Source: Eledone cirrhosa (taxonomy: Eukaryota). Taken from it: a stretch of DNA of 64,000 bases. The translations under genes were made by a program, and so were the position numbers. Shown here piece after piece: positions 11,801-24,109 of this stretch. Positions within the stretch are counted from its first letter, which is position 1; each line of letters starts with the position of its first letter. The notes beneath the pieces were generated by a model. It worked only from the letters and a program-made list of their open reading frames with translations. It searched no databases and was not told the origin of the DNA. Location of the stretch: NCBI GenBank assembly GCA_964016885.1, contig CAXHJY010000392.1:1-64000 (forward strand), written 5' to 3'.

Positions 11801-14420
11801 CTTCGTTCTTCACCAAGCTATCTTTCTCTACCTTGTCTTCCCCTAAAACTTCGTTCTTCACCAAGCTATCTTTCTCTAGCTTGTCTTCACACAAAACTTC
11901 GTTCTTCACCAAGCTATCTTTCTCTACCTTGTCTTCCCACAAAACGTCATTCTTCACCAAGCTATCTTTCTCTACCTTGTCTTCCGTCAAAACTTCGTTC
12001 TTCACCAAGCTATCTTTCTCTAACTTGTCTTCCCTCAAAACGTCGTTCTTCACCAAGCTATCTTTCTCTACCTTGTCTTCCCCCAAAACTTCGTTCTTCA
12101 CAAAGCTATCTTTCTCTACATTGTCTTCCCCCAAAACTTCGTTCTTCGCAAGCTATCTTTCTCTACCTTGTCTTCCCCCAAAACTTCGTTCTTCACCAAG
12201 CTATCTTTCTCTACCTTGTCTTCTCACAAAACGTCGTTCTTCACCAAGCTATCTTTCTCTACCTTGTCTTCCCTCAAAACGTCGTTCTTCACCAAGCTAT
12301 CTTTCTCTACCTTGTCTTCCCTCAAAACATCGTTCTTCACCAAGCTATCTTTCTCTACCTTGTCTTCTCCCAAAACTTCGTTATTCACCAAGCTATCTTT
12401 CTCTACCTTGTCTTCCCTCAAAACTTTGTTCTTCACCAAGCTATCTTTCTCTACATTGTCTTCCCCCAAAACTTCGTTCTTCACCAAGCTATCTTTCTCT
12501 ACCTTGTCATCCCCCAAAACTTCGTTCTTCACCAAGCTATCTTTCTCTAGCTTGTCTTCACACAAAACTTCGTTCTTCACCAAGCTATCTTTCTCTACCT
12601 TGTCTTCCCACAAAACGTCATTCTTCACCAAGCTATCTTTCTCTACCTTGTCTTCCGTCGAAACTTCGTTCTTCACCAAGCTATCTTTCTCTACCTTGTC
12701 TTCCCTCAGAACTTCGTTCTTCACCAAGCTATCTTTCTCTACCTTGTCTTCCCCCAAAACTTCGTTCTTCACCAAGCTATCTTTCTCTACCTTGTCTTCC
12801 CACAAAACTTTGTTCTTCACCAAGCTATCTTTCTCTACCTTGTCTTCCCCGAAAACTTCGTTCTTCACCAAGCTATCTTTCTCTACCTTGTCTTCCCCTA
12901 AAACTTCGTTCTTCACCAAGCTATCTTTCTCTAGCTTGTCTTCACACAAAACTTCGTTCTTCACCAAGCTATCTTTCTCTACCTTGTCTTCCCACAAAAC
13001 GTCATTCTTCACCAAGCTATCTTTCTCTACCTTGTCTTCCGTCAAAACTTCGTTCTTCACCAAGCTATCTTTCTCGACCTTGTCTTCTCCCAAAACTTCG
13101 TTATTCACCAAGCTATCTTTCTCTACCTTGTCTTCCCCCAAAACTTCGTTATTCACCAAGCTATCTTTCTCTACCTTGTCTTCCCTCAAAACTTCGTTCT
13201 TCACCAAGCTATCTTTCTCTACCTTGTCTTCCCCCAAAACTTCGTTCTTCACCAAGCTATCTTTCTCTACCTTGTCTTCTCCCAAAACTTCGTTATTCAC
13301 CAAGCTATCTTTCTCTACCTTGTCTTCCCTCAAAACTTCGTTCTTCACCAAGCTATCTTTCTCTAGCTTGTCTTCACACAAAACTTCGTTCTTCACCAAG
13401 CTATCTTTCTCTACCTTGTCTTCCCACAAAACGTCATTCTTCACCAAGCTATATTTCTCTATCTTGTCTTCCGTCAAAACTTCGTTCTTCACCAAGATAT
13501 CTTTCTCTACCTTGTCTCCTCCCAAAACTTCGTTCTTCACCAAGCTATCTTTCTGTACCTTGTCTTCCCCAAAAACTTTGTTCTTCACCAAGCTATCTTT
13601 CTCTACCTTGTCTTCCCCCAAAACTTTGTTCTTCACCAAGCTATCTTTCTCTACCTTGTCTTCCCCGAAAACTTCGTTCTTCACCAAGCTATCTTTCTCT
13701 ACCTTGTCTTCCCCTAAAACTTCGTTCTTCACCAAGCTATCTTTCTCTAGCTTGTCTTCACACAAAACTTCGTTCTTCACCAAGCTATCTTTCTCTACCT
13801 TGTCTTCCCACAAAACGTCATTCTTCACCAAGCTATCTTTCTCTACCTTGTCTTCCGTCAAAACTTCGTTCTTCACCAAGCTATCTTTCTCTAACTTGTC
13901 TTCCCTCAAAACGTCGTTCTTCACCAAGCTATCTTTCTCTACCTTGTCTTCCCCCAAAACTTCGTTCTTCACCAAGCTATCTTTCTCTACCTTGTCTTCC
14001 CCCAAAACTTCGTTCTTCGCAAGCTATCTTTCTCTACCTTGTCTTCCCCCAAAACTTCGTTCTTCACCAAGCTATCTTTCTCTACCTTGTCTTCTCACAA
14101 AACGTCGTTCTTCACCAAGCTATCTTTCTCTACCTTGTCTTCCCTCAAAACGTCGTTCTTCACCAAGCTATCTTTCTCTACCTTGTCTTCCCTCAAAACA
14201 TCGTTCTTCACCAAGCTATCTTTCTCTACCTTGTCTTCTCCCAAAACTTCGTTATTCACCAAGCTATCTTTCTCTACCTTGTCTTCCCTCAAAACTTTGT
14301 TCTTCACCAAGCTATCTTTCTCTACATTGTCTTCCCCCAAAACTTCGTTCTTCACCAAGCTATCTTTCTCTACCTTGTCATCCCCCAAAACTTCGTTCTT
14401 CACCAAGCTATCTTTCTCTA
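5800..14420. repeat. Higher-order repeat family delimited by the CGCAAG deletion monomer: 42-, 64- and 39-mer units
   Basis: CGCAAG occurs at 7061, 9076, 12147 and 14018 (spacings 2015, 3071, 1871 = 42, 64, 39 x48 -1). Each is followed two monomers later by CTCAC and then by the same order of variants. Confidence 0.9.
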
Positions 14421-14839
14421 CCTTGTCTTCTCACAAAACGTCGTTCTTCACCAAGCTATCTTTCTCTACCTTGTCTTCCCTCAAAACGTCGTTCTTCACC
14501 AATCTATCTTTCTCTACCTTGTCTTCCCTCAAAACATCGTTCTTCACCAAGCTATCTTTCTCTACCTTGTCTTCTCCCAAAACTTCGTTATTCACCAAGC
14601 TATCTTTCTCTACCTTGTTTTCCCTCAAAACTGCGTTCTTCACCAAGCTATCTTTCTCTACCTTGTCTTCCCCCAAAACTTCGTTCTTCACCAAGCTATC
14701 TTTCTCTACCTTGTCTTCCCCCAAAACTTCTTTCTTCACCAAGTCATCTTTCTCTACCTTGTCATCCCTCAAAACTTCGTTCTTCACCAAGCTATCTTTC
14801 TCTGCCTTGTCTTCCCCCAAAACTTCGTTCTTCACCAAG

Positions 14840-17440
14840 CTATCTTTCTCTACCTTGTCTTCACACAAAACTTCGTTCTTCACCAAGCTATCTTTCTCTA
14901 CCTTGTCTTCCCACAAAACGTCATTCTTCACCAAGCTATCTTTCTCTACCTTGTCTTCAGTCAAAACTTCGTTCTTCACCAAGATATCTTTCTCTACCTT
15001 GTCTTCTCCCAAAACTTCGTTCTTCACCAAGCTATCTTTCTCTACCTTGTCTTCCCTCAGAAATTCGTTCTTCACCAAGCTATCTTTCTCTACCTTGTCT
15101 TCCCCCAAAACGTCGTTCTTCACCAAGCTATCTTTCTCTACATTGTCTTCCCCAAAACTTCGTTCTTCACCAAGCTATCTTTCTCTACCTTGTCTTTCAT
15201 CAAAACGTCGTTCTTCACCAAGCTCTCTTTCTCTACCTTGTCTTCCCCCAAAACTTCGTTCTTCACCAAGCTATCTTTCTCTACCTTGAATTCCCCCAAA
15301 ACTTCGTTCTTCACCAAGCTATCTTTCTCTACCTTGTCTTCCCACAAAACGTCGTTCTTCACCAAGCTATCTTTCTCTACCTTGTCTTCCCTCAAAACGT
15401 CGTTCTTCACCAAGCTATCTTTCTCTACCTTGTCTTCCCTCAAAACATCGTTCTTCACCAAGCTATCTTTCTCTACCTTGTCTTCCCTCAAAACTTCGTT
15501 CTTCACCAAGCTATCTTTCTCTACCTTGTCTTCCCCCAAAACTTCGTTGTTCACCAAGCTATCTTTCTCTACCTTGTCTTCTCCCAAAACTTCGTTATTC
15601 ACCAAGCTATCTTTCTCTACCTTGTCTTCCCTCAAAACTTCGTTCTACACCAAGCTATCTTTCTCTACCTTGTCTTCCCCCAAAACTTCGTTCTTCACCA
15701 AGTCATCTTTCTCTACCTTGTCATCCCTCAAAACTTTGTTCTTCACCAATCTATCTTTCTCTACCTTGTCTTCCCCCAAAACTTCGTTCTTCACCAAGCT
15801 ATCTTTCTCTAGCTTGTCTTCACACAAAACTTCGTTCTTCACCAAGCTATCTTTCTCTACCTTGTCTTCCCACAAAACGTCATTCTTCACCAAGCTATCT
15901 TTCTCTACCTTGTCTTTCGTCAAAACTTCGTTCTTCACCAAGATATCTTTCTCTACCTTGTCTCCTCCCAAAACTTCGTTCTTCACCAAGCTATCTTTCT
16001 CTACCTTGTCTTCCCTCAGAACTTCGTTCTTCACCAAGCTATCTTTCTCTACCTTGTCTTCCCCCAAAACTTCGTTCTTCACCAAGCTATCTTTCTCTAC
16101 CTTGTCTTCCCCCAAAACTTCGTTCTTCACCAAGCTATCTTTCTCTACCTCGTCTTCCCTCAAAATTTCGTTCTTCACCAAGCTATCTTTCTCTACCTTG
16201 TCTTCACACAAAACTTCGTTCTTCACCAAGCTATCTTTCTCTACCTTGTCTTCCCACAAAACGTCATTCTTCACCAAGCTATCTTTCTCTACCTTGTCTT
16301 CCGTCAAAACTTCGTTCTTCACCAAGATATCTTTCTCTACCTTGTCTTCTCCCAAAACTTCGTTCTTCACCAAGCTATCTTTCTCTACCTTGTCTTCCCT
16401 CAGAAATTCGTTCTTCACCAAGCTATCTTTCTCTACCTTGTCTTCCCCCAAAACGTCGTTCTTCACCAAGCTATCTTTCTCTACATTGTCTTCCCCAAAA
16501 CTTCGTTCTTCACCAAGCTATCTTTCTCTACCTTGTCTTTCATCAAAACGTCGTTCTTCACCAAGCTCTCTTTCTCTACCTTGTCTTCCCCCAAAACTTC
16601 GTTCTTCACCAAGCTATCTTTCTCTACCTTGAATTCCCCCAAAACTTCGTTCTTCACCAAGCTATCTTTCTCTACCTTGTCTTCCCACAAAACGTCGTTC
16701 TTCACCAAGCTATCTTTCTCTACCTTGTCTTCCCTCAAAACGTCGTTCTTCACCAAGCTATCTTTCTCTACCTTGTCTTCCCTCAAAACATCGTTCTTCA
16801 CCAAGCTATCTTTCTCTACCTTGTCTTCCCTCAAAACTTCGTTCTTCACCAAGCTATCTTTCTCTACCTTGTCTTCCCCCAAAACTTCGTTGTTCACCAA
16901 GCTATCTTTCTCTACCTTGTCTTCTCCCAAAACTTCGTTATTCACCAAGCTATCTTTCTCTACCTTGTCTTCCCTCAAAACTTCGTTCTACACCAAGCTA
17001 TCTTTCTCTACCTTGTCTTCCCCCAAAACTTCGTTCTTCACCAAGTCATCTTTCTCTACCTTGTCATCCCTCAAAACTTTGTTCTTCACCAATCTATCTT
17101 TCTCTACCTTGTCTTCCCCCAAAACTTCGTTCTTCACCAAGCTATCTTTCTCTAGCTTGTCTTCACACAAAACTTCGTTCTTCACCAAGCTATCTTTCTC
17201 TACCTTGTCTTCCCACAAAACGTCATTCTTCACCAAGCTATCTTTCTCTACCTTGTCTTTCGTCAAAACTTCGTTCTTCACCAAGATATCTTTCTCTACC
17301 TTGTCTCCTCCCAAAACTTCGTTCTTCACCAAGCTATCTTTCTCTACCTTGTCTTCCCTCAGAACTTCGTTCTTCACCAAGCTATCTTTCTCTACCTTGT
17401 CTTCCCCCAAAACTTCGTTCTTCACCAAGCTATCTTTCTC
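14840..17440. repeat. Tandem duplication, period 1343 bp (28-mer)
   Basis: GAATTC variants at 15288/16631, identical 165-aa ORFs at 15138/16481, and TTCTACACC at ~15645/16988. Confidence 0.9.
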
Positions 17441-20400
17441 TACATTGTCTTCCCCAAAACTTCGTTCTTCACCAAGCTATCTTTCACGACCTTGTCTTCC
17501 CTCAAAACGTCGTTCTTCACCAAGCTATCTTTCTCTACCTTGTCTTCCCCCAAACTTCGTTCTTCACCAAGCTATCTTTCTCTACCTTGTCTTCCCCCAA
17601 AACTTCGTTCTTCACCAAGCTATCTTTCTCTACCTCGTCTTCCCTCAAAACTTCGTTCTTCACCAAGCTATCTTTCTCTACCTTGTCTTCCCCCAAAACT
17701 TCGTTCTTCACCAAGCTATCTTTCTCTACATTGTCTTCCCCAAAACTTCGTTCTTCACCAAGCTATCTTTCACGACCTTGTCTTCCCTCAAAACGTCGTT
17801 CTTCACCAAGCTATCTTTCTCTACCTTGTCTTCCCCCAAACTTCGTTCTTCACAAAGCTATCTTTCTCTACCTTGTCTTCCCCCAAAACTTCGTTCTTCA
17901 CCAAGCTATCTTTCTCTACCTCGTCTTCCCCCAAAACTTCGTTCTTCACCAAGCTATCTTTCTCTACCTTGTCTTCCTCCAAAACTTCGTTCTTCACCAA
18001 GCTATCTTTCTCTACCTTGTCTTCCCCCAAAACTTCGTTCTTCACCAAGCTATCTTTCTCTACCTTGTCTTCCCTCAAAACGTCGTTCTTCACCAAGCTA
18101 TCTTTCTCTACCTTGTCTTCCCCCAAAACTTCGTTCTTCACCAAGCTATCTTTCTCTACCTTGTCTTCCCCCAAAACTTCGTTCTTCACCAAGCTATCTT
18201 TCTCTACCTCGTCTTCCCTCAAAATTTCGTTCTTCACCAAGCTATCTTTCTCTACCTTGTCTTCCCCCAAAACTTCGTTCTTCACCAAGTCATCTTTCTC
18301 TACCTTGTCTTCCCTCAAAACTTCGTTCTTCACCAAGCTATCTTTCTCTACCTTTCCTTCCCCTAAAACTTCGTTCTTCACCAAGCTATCTTTCTCTACC
18401 TTGTCTTCCCCCAAAACTTCGTTCTTCACCAAGCTATCTTTCTCTACATTGTCTTCCCCAAAACTTCGTTCTTCACCAAGCTATCTTTCACGACCTTGTC
18501 TTCCCTCAAAACGTCGTTCTTCACCAAGCTATCTTTCTCTACCTTGTCTTCCCCCAAACTTCGTTCTTCACCAAGCTATCTTTCTCTACCTTGTCTTCCC
18601 CCAAAACTTCGTTCTTCACCAAGCTATCTTTCTCTACCTCGTCTTCCCTCAAAACTTTGTTCTTCACCAAGCTATCTCTCTCTACCTTGTCTTCCCCCAA
18701 AACTTCGTTCTTCACCAAGCTATCTTTCTCTACCTTGTCTTCCCCCAAAACTTCGTTCTTCACCAAGCTATCTTTCTCTACCTTGTCTTACCTCAAAACG
18801 TCGTTCTTCACCAAGCTATCTTTCTCTACCTTGTCTTCCCCCAAAACTTCGTTCTTCACCAAGCTATCTTTCTCTACCTTGTCTTCCCCCAAAACTTCGT
18901 TCTTCACCAAGCTATCTTTCTCTACCTCGTCTTCCCTCAAAACTTCGTTCTTCACCAAGCTATCTTTCTCTACCTTGTCTTCCCCCAAAACTTCGTTCTT
19001 CACCAAGTCATCTTTTCTCTACCTTGTCTTCCCTCAAAACTTCGTTCTTCACCAAGCTATCTTTCTCTACCTTGTCTTCCCCTAAAACTTCGTTCTTCAC
19101 CAAGCTATCTTTCTCTACCTTATCTTCCCCCAAAACTTCGTTCTTCACCAAGCTATCTTTCTCTACCTTGTCTTCCCCCAAAACTTCGTTCTTCACCAAG
19201 CTATCTTTCTCTACCTTGTCTTCCCTCAAAACGTCGTTCTTCACCAAGCTATCTTTCTCTACCTTGTCTTCCCCCAAAACTTCGTTCTTCACCAAGCTAT
19301 CTTTCTCTACCTTGTCTTCTCCCAAAACTTCGTTCTTCACCAAGCTATCTTTCTCTACCTTGTCTTCCCTCAGAAATTCGTTCTTCACCAAGCTATCTTT
19401 CTCTACCTTGTCTTCCCCCAAAACGTCGTTCTTCACCAAGCTATCTTTCTCTACATTGTCTTCCCCAAAACTTCGTTCTTCACCAAGCTATCTTTCTCTA
19501 CCTTGTCTTTCATCAAAACGTCGTTCTTCACCAAGCTCTCTTTCTCTACCTTGTCTTCCCCCAAAACTTCGTTCTTCACCAAGCTATCTTTCTCTACCTT
19601 GAATTCCCCCAAAACTTCGTTCTTCATCAAGCTATCTTTCTCTACCTTGTCTTCCCACAAAACGTCGTTCTTCACCAAGCTATCTTTCTCTACCTTGTCT
19701 TCCCTCAAAACGTCGTTCTTCACCAAGCTATCTTTCTCTACCTTGTCTTCCCTCAAAACATCGTTCTTCACCAAGCTATCTTTCTCTACCTTGTCTTCCC
19801 TCAAAACTTCGTTCTTCACCAAGCTATCTTTTTCTACCTTGTCTTCCCCCAAAACTTCGTTGTTCACCAAGCTATCTTTCTCTACCTTGTCTTCTCCCAA
19901 AACTTCGTTATTCACCAAGCTATCTTTCTCTACCTTGTCTTCCCTCAAAACTTCGTTCTACACCAAGCTATCTTTCTCTACCTTGTCATCCCTCAAAACT
20001 TTGTTCTTCACCAATCTATCTTTCTCTACCTTGTCTTCCCCCAAAACTTCGTTCTTCACCAAGCTATCTTTCTCTAGCTTGTCTTCACACAAAACTTCGT
20101 TCTTCACCAAGCTATCTTTCTCTACCTTGTCTTCCCACAAAACGTCATTCTTCACCAAGCTATCTTTCTCTACCTTGTCTTTCGTCAAAACTTCGTTCTT
20201 CACCAAGATATCTTTCTCTACCTTGTCTCCTCCCAAAACTTCGTTCTTCACCAAGCTATCTTTCTCTACCTTGTCTTCCCTCAGAACTTCGTTCTTCACC
20301 AAGCTATCTTTCTCTACCTTGTCTTCCCCCAAAACTTTGTTCTTCACCAAGCTATCTTTCTCTACATTGTCTTCCCCAAAACTTCGTTCTTCACCAAGCT

Positions 20401-21940
20401 ATCTTTCACGACCTTGTCTTCCCTCAAAACGTCGTTCTTCACCAAGCTATCTTTCTCTACCTTGTCTTCCCCCAAACTTCGTTCTTCACCAAGCTATCTT
20501 TCTCTACCTTGTCTTCCCCCAAAACTTCGTTCTTCACCAAGCTATCTTTCTCTACCTCGTCTTCCCTCAAAACTTCGTTCTTCACCAAGCTATCTTTCTC
20601 TACCTTGTCTTCCCCCAAAACTTCGTTCTTCACCAAGCTATCTTTCTCTACATTGTCTTCCCCAAAACTTCGTTCTTCACCAAGCTATCTTTCACCACCT
20701 TGTCTTCCCTCAAAACGTCGTTCTTCACCAAGCTATCTTTCTCTACCTTGTCTTCCCCCAAACTTCGTTCTTCACCAAGCTATCTTTCTCTACCTTGTCT
20801 TCCCCCAAAACTTCGTTCTTCACCAAGCTATCTTTCTCTACCTCGTCTTCCCCCAAAACTTCGTTCTTCACCAAGCTATCTTTCTCTACCTTGTCTTCCT
20901 CCAAAACTTCGTTCTTCACCAAGCTATCTTTCTCTACCTTGTCTTCCCCCAAAACTTCGTTCTTCACCAAGCTATCTTTCTCTACCTTGTCTTCCCTCAA
21001 AACGTCGTTCTTCACCAAGCTATCTTTCTCTACCTTGTCTTCCCCCAAAACTTCGTTCTTCACCAAGCTATCTTTCTCTACCTTGTCTACCCCCAAAACT
21101 TCGTTCTTCACCAAGCTATCTTTCTCTACCTCGTCTTCCCTCAAAATTTCGTTCTTCACCAAGCTATCTTTCTCTACCTTGTCTCCCCCCAAAACTTCGT
21201 TCTTCACCAAGTCATCTTTCTCTACCTTGTCTTCCCTCAAAACTTCGTTCTTCACCAAGCTATCTTTCTCTACCTTTCCTTCCCCTAAAACTTCGTTCTT
21301 CACCAAGCTATCTTTCTCTACCTTGTCTTCCCCCAAAACTTCGTTCTTCACCAAGCTATCTTTCTCTACATTGTCTTCCCCAAAACTTCGTTCTTCACCA
21401 AGCTATCTTTCACGACCTTGTCTTCCCTCAAAACGTCGTTCTTCACCAAGCTATCTTTCTCTACCTTGTCTTCCCCCAAACTTCGTTCTTCACCAAGCTA
21501 TCTTTCTCTACCTTGTCTTCCCCCAAAACTTCGTTCTTCACCAAGCTATCTTTCTCTACCTCGTCTTCCCTCAAAACTTTGTTCTTCACCAAGCTATCTT
21601 TCTCTACCTTGTCTTCCCCCAAAACTTCGTTCTTCACCAAGCTATCTTTCTCTACCTTGTCTTCCCCCAAAACTTCGTTCTTCACCAAGCTATCTTTCTC
21701 TACCTTGTCTTCCCTCAAAACGTCGTTCTTCACCAAGCTATCTTTCTCTACCTTGTCTTCCCCCAAAACTTCGTTCTTCACCAAGCTATCTTTCTCTACC
21801 TTGTCTTCCCCCAAAACTTCGTTCTTCACCAAGCTATCTTTCTCTACCTCGTCTTCCCTCAAAACTTCGTTCTTCACCAAGCTATCTTTCTCTACCTTGT
21901 CTTCCCCCAAAACTTCGTTCTTCACCAAGCTATCTTTCTC
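16340..21940. repeat. Tandem duplication, period 2970 then 2922 bp (62-mer/61-mer; one monomer lost near 19980)
   Basis: GAATTC at 16631/19601 (2970). ORF pairs 17492/20414, 17821/20743 and 18496/21418 (2922). The AAGTCATC monomer at ~17043 is missing from the second copy. Confidence 0.88.
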
Positions 21941-21989
21941 TACCTCGTCTTCCCTCAAAACTTCGTTCTTCACCAAGCTATCTTTCTCT

Positions 21990-23335
21990 ACCTTGTCTTC
22001 CCACAAAACTTTGTTCTTCACCAAGCTATCTTTCTCTACCTTGTCTTCCCCGAAAACTTCGTTCTTCACCAAGCTATCTTTCTCTACCTTGTCTTCCCCT
22101 AAAACTTCGTTCTTCACCAAGCTATCTTTCTCTAGCTTGTCTTCACACAAAACTTCGTTCTTCACCAAGCTATCTTTCTCTACCTTGTCTTCCCAAAATA
22201 CGTCATTCTTCACCAAGCTATCTTTCTCTACCTTGTCTTCCGTCAAAACTTCGTTCTTCACCAAGCTATCTTTCTCGACCTTGTCTTCTCCCAAAACTTC
22301 GTTATTCACCAAGCTATCTTTCTCTACCTTGTCTTCCCCCAAAACTTCGTTATTCACCAAGCTATCTTTCTCTACCTTGTCTTCCCTCAAAACTTCGTTC
22401 TTCACCAAGCTATCTTTCTCTACCTTGTCTTCCCCCAAAACTTCGTTCTTCACCAAGCTATCTTTCTCTACCTTGTCTTCTCCCAAAACTTCGTTATTCA
22501 CCAAGCTATCTTTCTCTACCTTGTCTTCCCTCAAAACTTCGTTCTTCACCAAGCTATCTTTCTCTAGCTTGTCTTCACACAAAACTTCGTTCTTCACCAA
22601 GCTATCTTTCTCTACCTTGTCTTCCCACAAAACGTCATTCTTCACCAAGCTATATTTCTCTACCTTGTCTTCCCAGAAAACTTTGTTCTTCACCAAGCTA
22701 TCTTTCTCTACCTTGTCTTCCCCGAAAACTTCGTTCTTCACCAAGCTATCTTTCTCTACCTTGTCTTCCCCTAAAACTTCGTTCTTCACCAAGCTATCTT
22801 TCTCTAGCTTGTCTTCACACAAAACTTCGTTCTTCACCAAGCTATCTTTCTCTACCTTGTCTTCCCACAAAACGTCATTCTTCACCAAGCTATCTTTCTC
22901 TACCTTGTCTTCCGTCAAAACTTCGTTCTTCACCAAGCTATCTTTCTCGACCTTGTCTTCTCCCAAAACTTCGTTATTCACCAAGCTATCTTTCTCTACC
23001 TTGTCTTCCCCCAAAACTTCGTTATTCACCAAGCTATCTTTCTCTACCTTGTCTTCCCTCAAAACTTCGTTCTTCACCAAGCTATCTTTCTCTACCTTGT
23101 CTTCCCCCAAAACTTCGTTCTTCACCAAGCTATCTTTCTCTACCTTGTCTTCTCCCAAAACTTCGTTATTCACCAAGCTATCTTTCTCTACCTTGTCTTC
23201 CCTCAAAACTTCGTTCTTCACCAAGCTATCTTTCTCTAGCTTGTCTTCACACAAAACTTCGTTCTTCACCAAGCTATCTTTCTCTACCTTGTCTTCCCAC
23301 AAAACGTCATTCTTCACCAAGCTATATTTCTCTAT
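21990..23335. repeat. Tandem duplication, period 672 bp (14-mer)
   Basis: CTCGACC at 22274/22946 and GCTATATTTC at ~22649/23321, with the same variant order. Confidence 0.85.
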
Positions 23336-24109
23336 CTTGTCTTCCGTCAAAACTTCGTTCTTCACCAAGATATCTTTCTCTACCTTGTCTCCTCCCAAAA
23401 CTTCGTTCTTCACCAAGCTATCTTTCTCTACCTTGTCTTCCCCCAAAACTTCGTTCTTCACCAAGCTATCTTTCTCTACCTTGTCTTCCCCCAAAACTTC
23501 GTTCTTCACCAAGCTATCTTTCTCTACCTTGTCTTCCCTCAAAACGTCGTTCTTCACCAAGCTATCTTTCTCTACCTTGTCTTCCCCCAAAACTTCGTTC
23601 TTCACCAAGCTATCTTTCTCTACCTTGTCTTCCCCCAAAACTTCGTTCTTCACCAAGCTATCTTTCTCTACCTCGTCTTCCCTCAAAACTTCGTTCTTCA
23701 CCAAGCTATCTTTCTCTACCTTGTCTTCCCCCAAAACTTCGTTCTTCACCAAGCTATCTTTCTCTACCTCGTCTTCCCTCAAAACTTCGTTCTTCACCAA
23801 GCTATCTTTCTCTACCTTGTCTTCCCACAAAACTTTGTTCTTCACCAAGCTATCTTTCTCTACCTTGTCTTCCCCGAAAACTTCGTTCTTCACCAAGCTA
23901 TCTTTCTCTACCTTGTCTTCCCCTAAAACTTCGTTCTTCACCAAGCTATCTTTCTCTAGCTTGTCTTCACACAAAACTTCGTTCTTCACCAAGCTATCTT
24001 TCTCTACCTTGTCTTCCCACAAAACGTCATTCTTCACCAAGCTATCTTTCTCTACCTTGTCTTCCGTCAAAACTTCGTTCTTCACCAAGCTATCTTTCTC
24101 GACCTCGTC

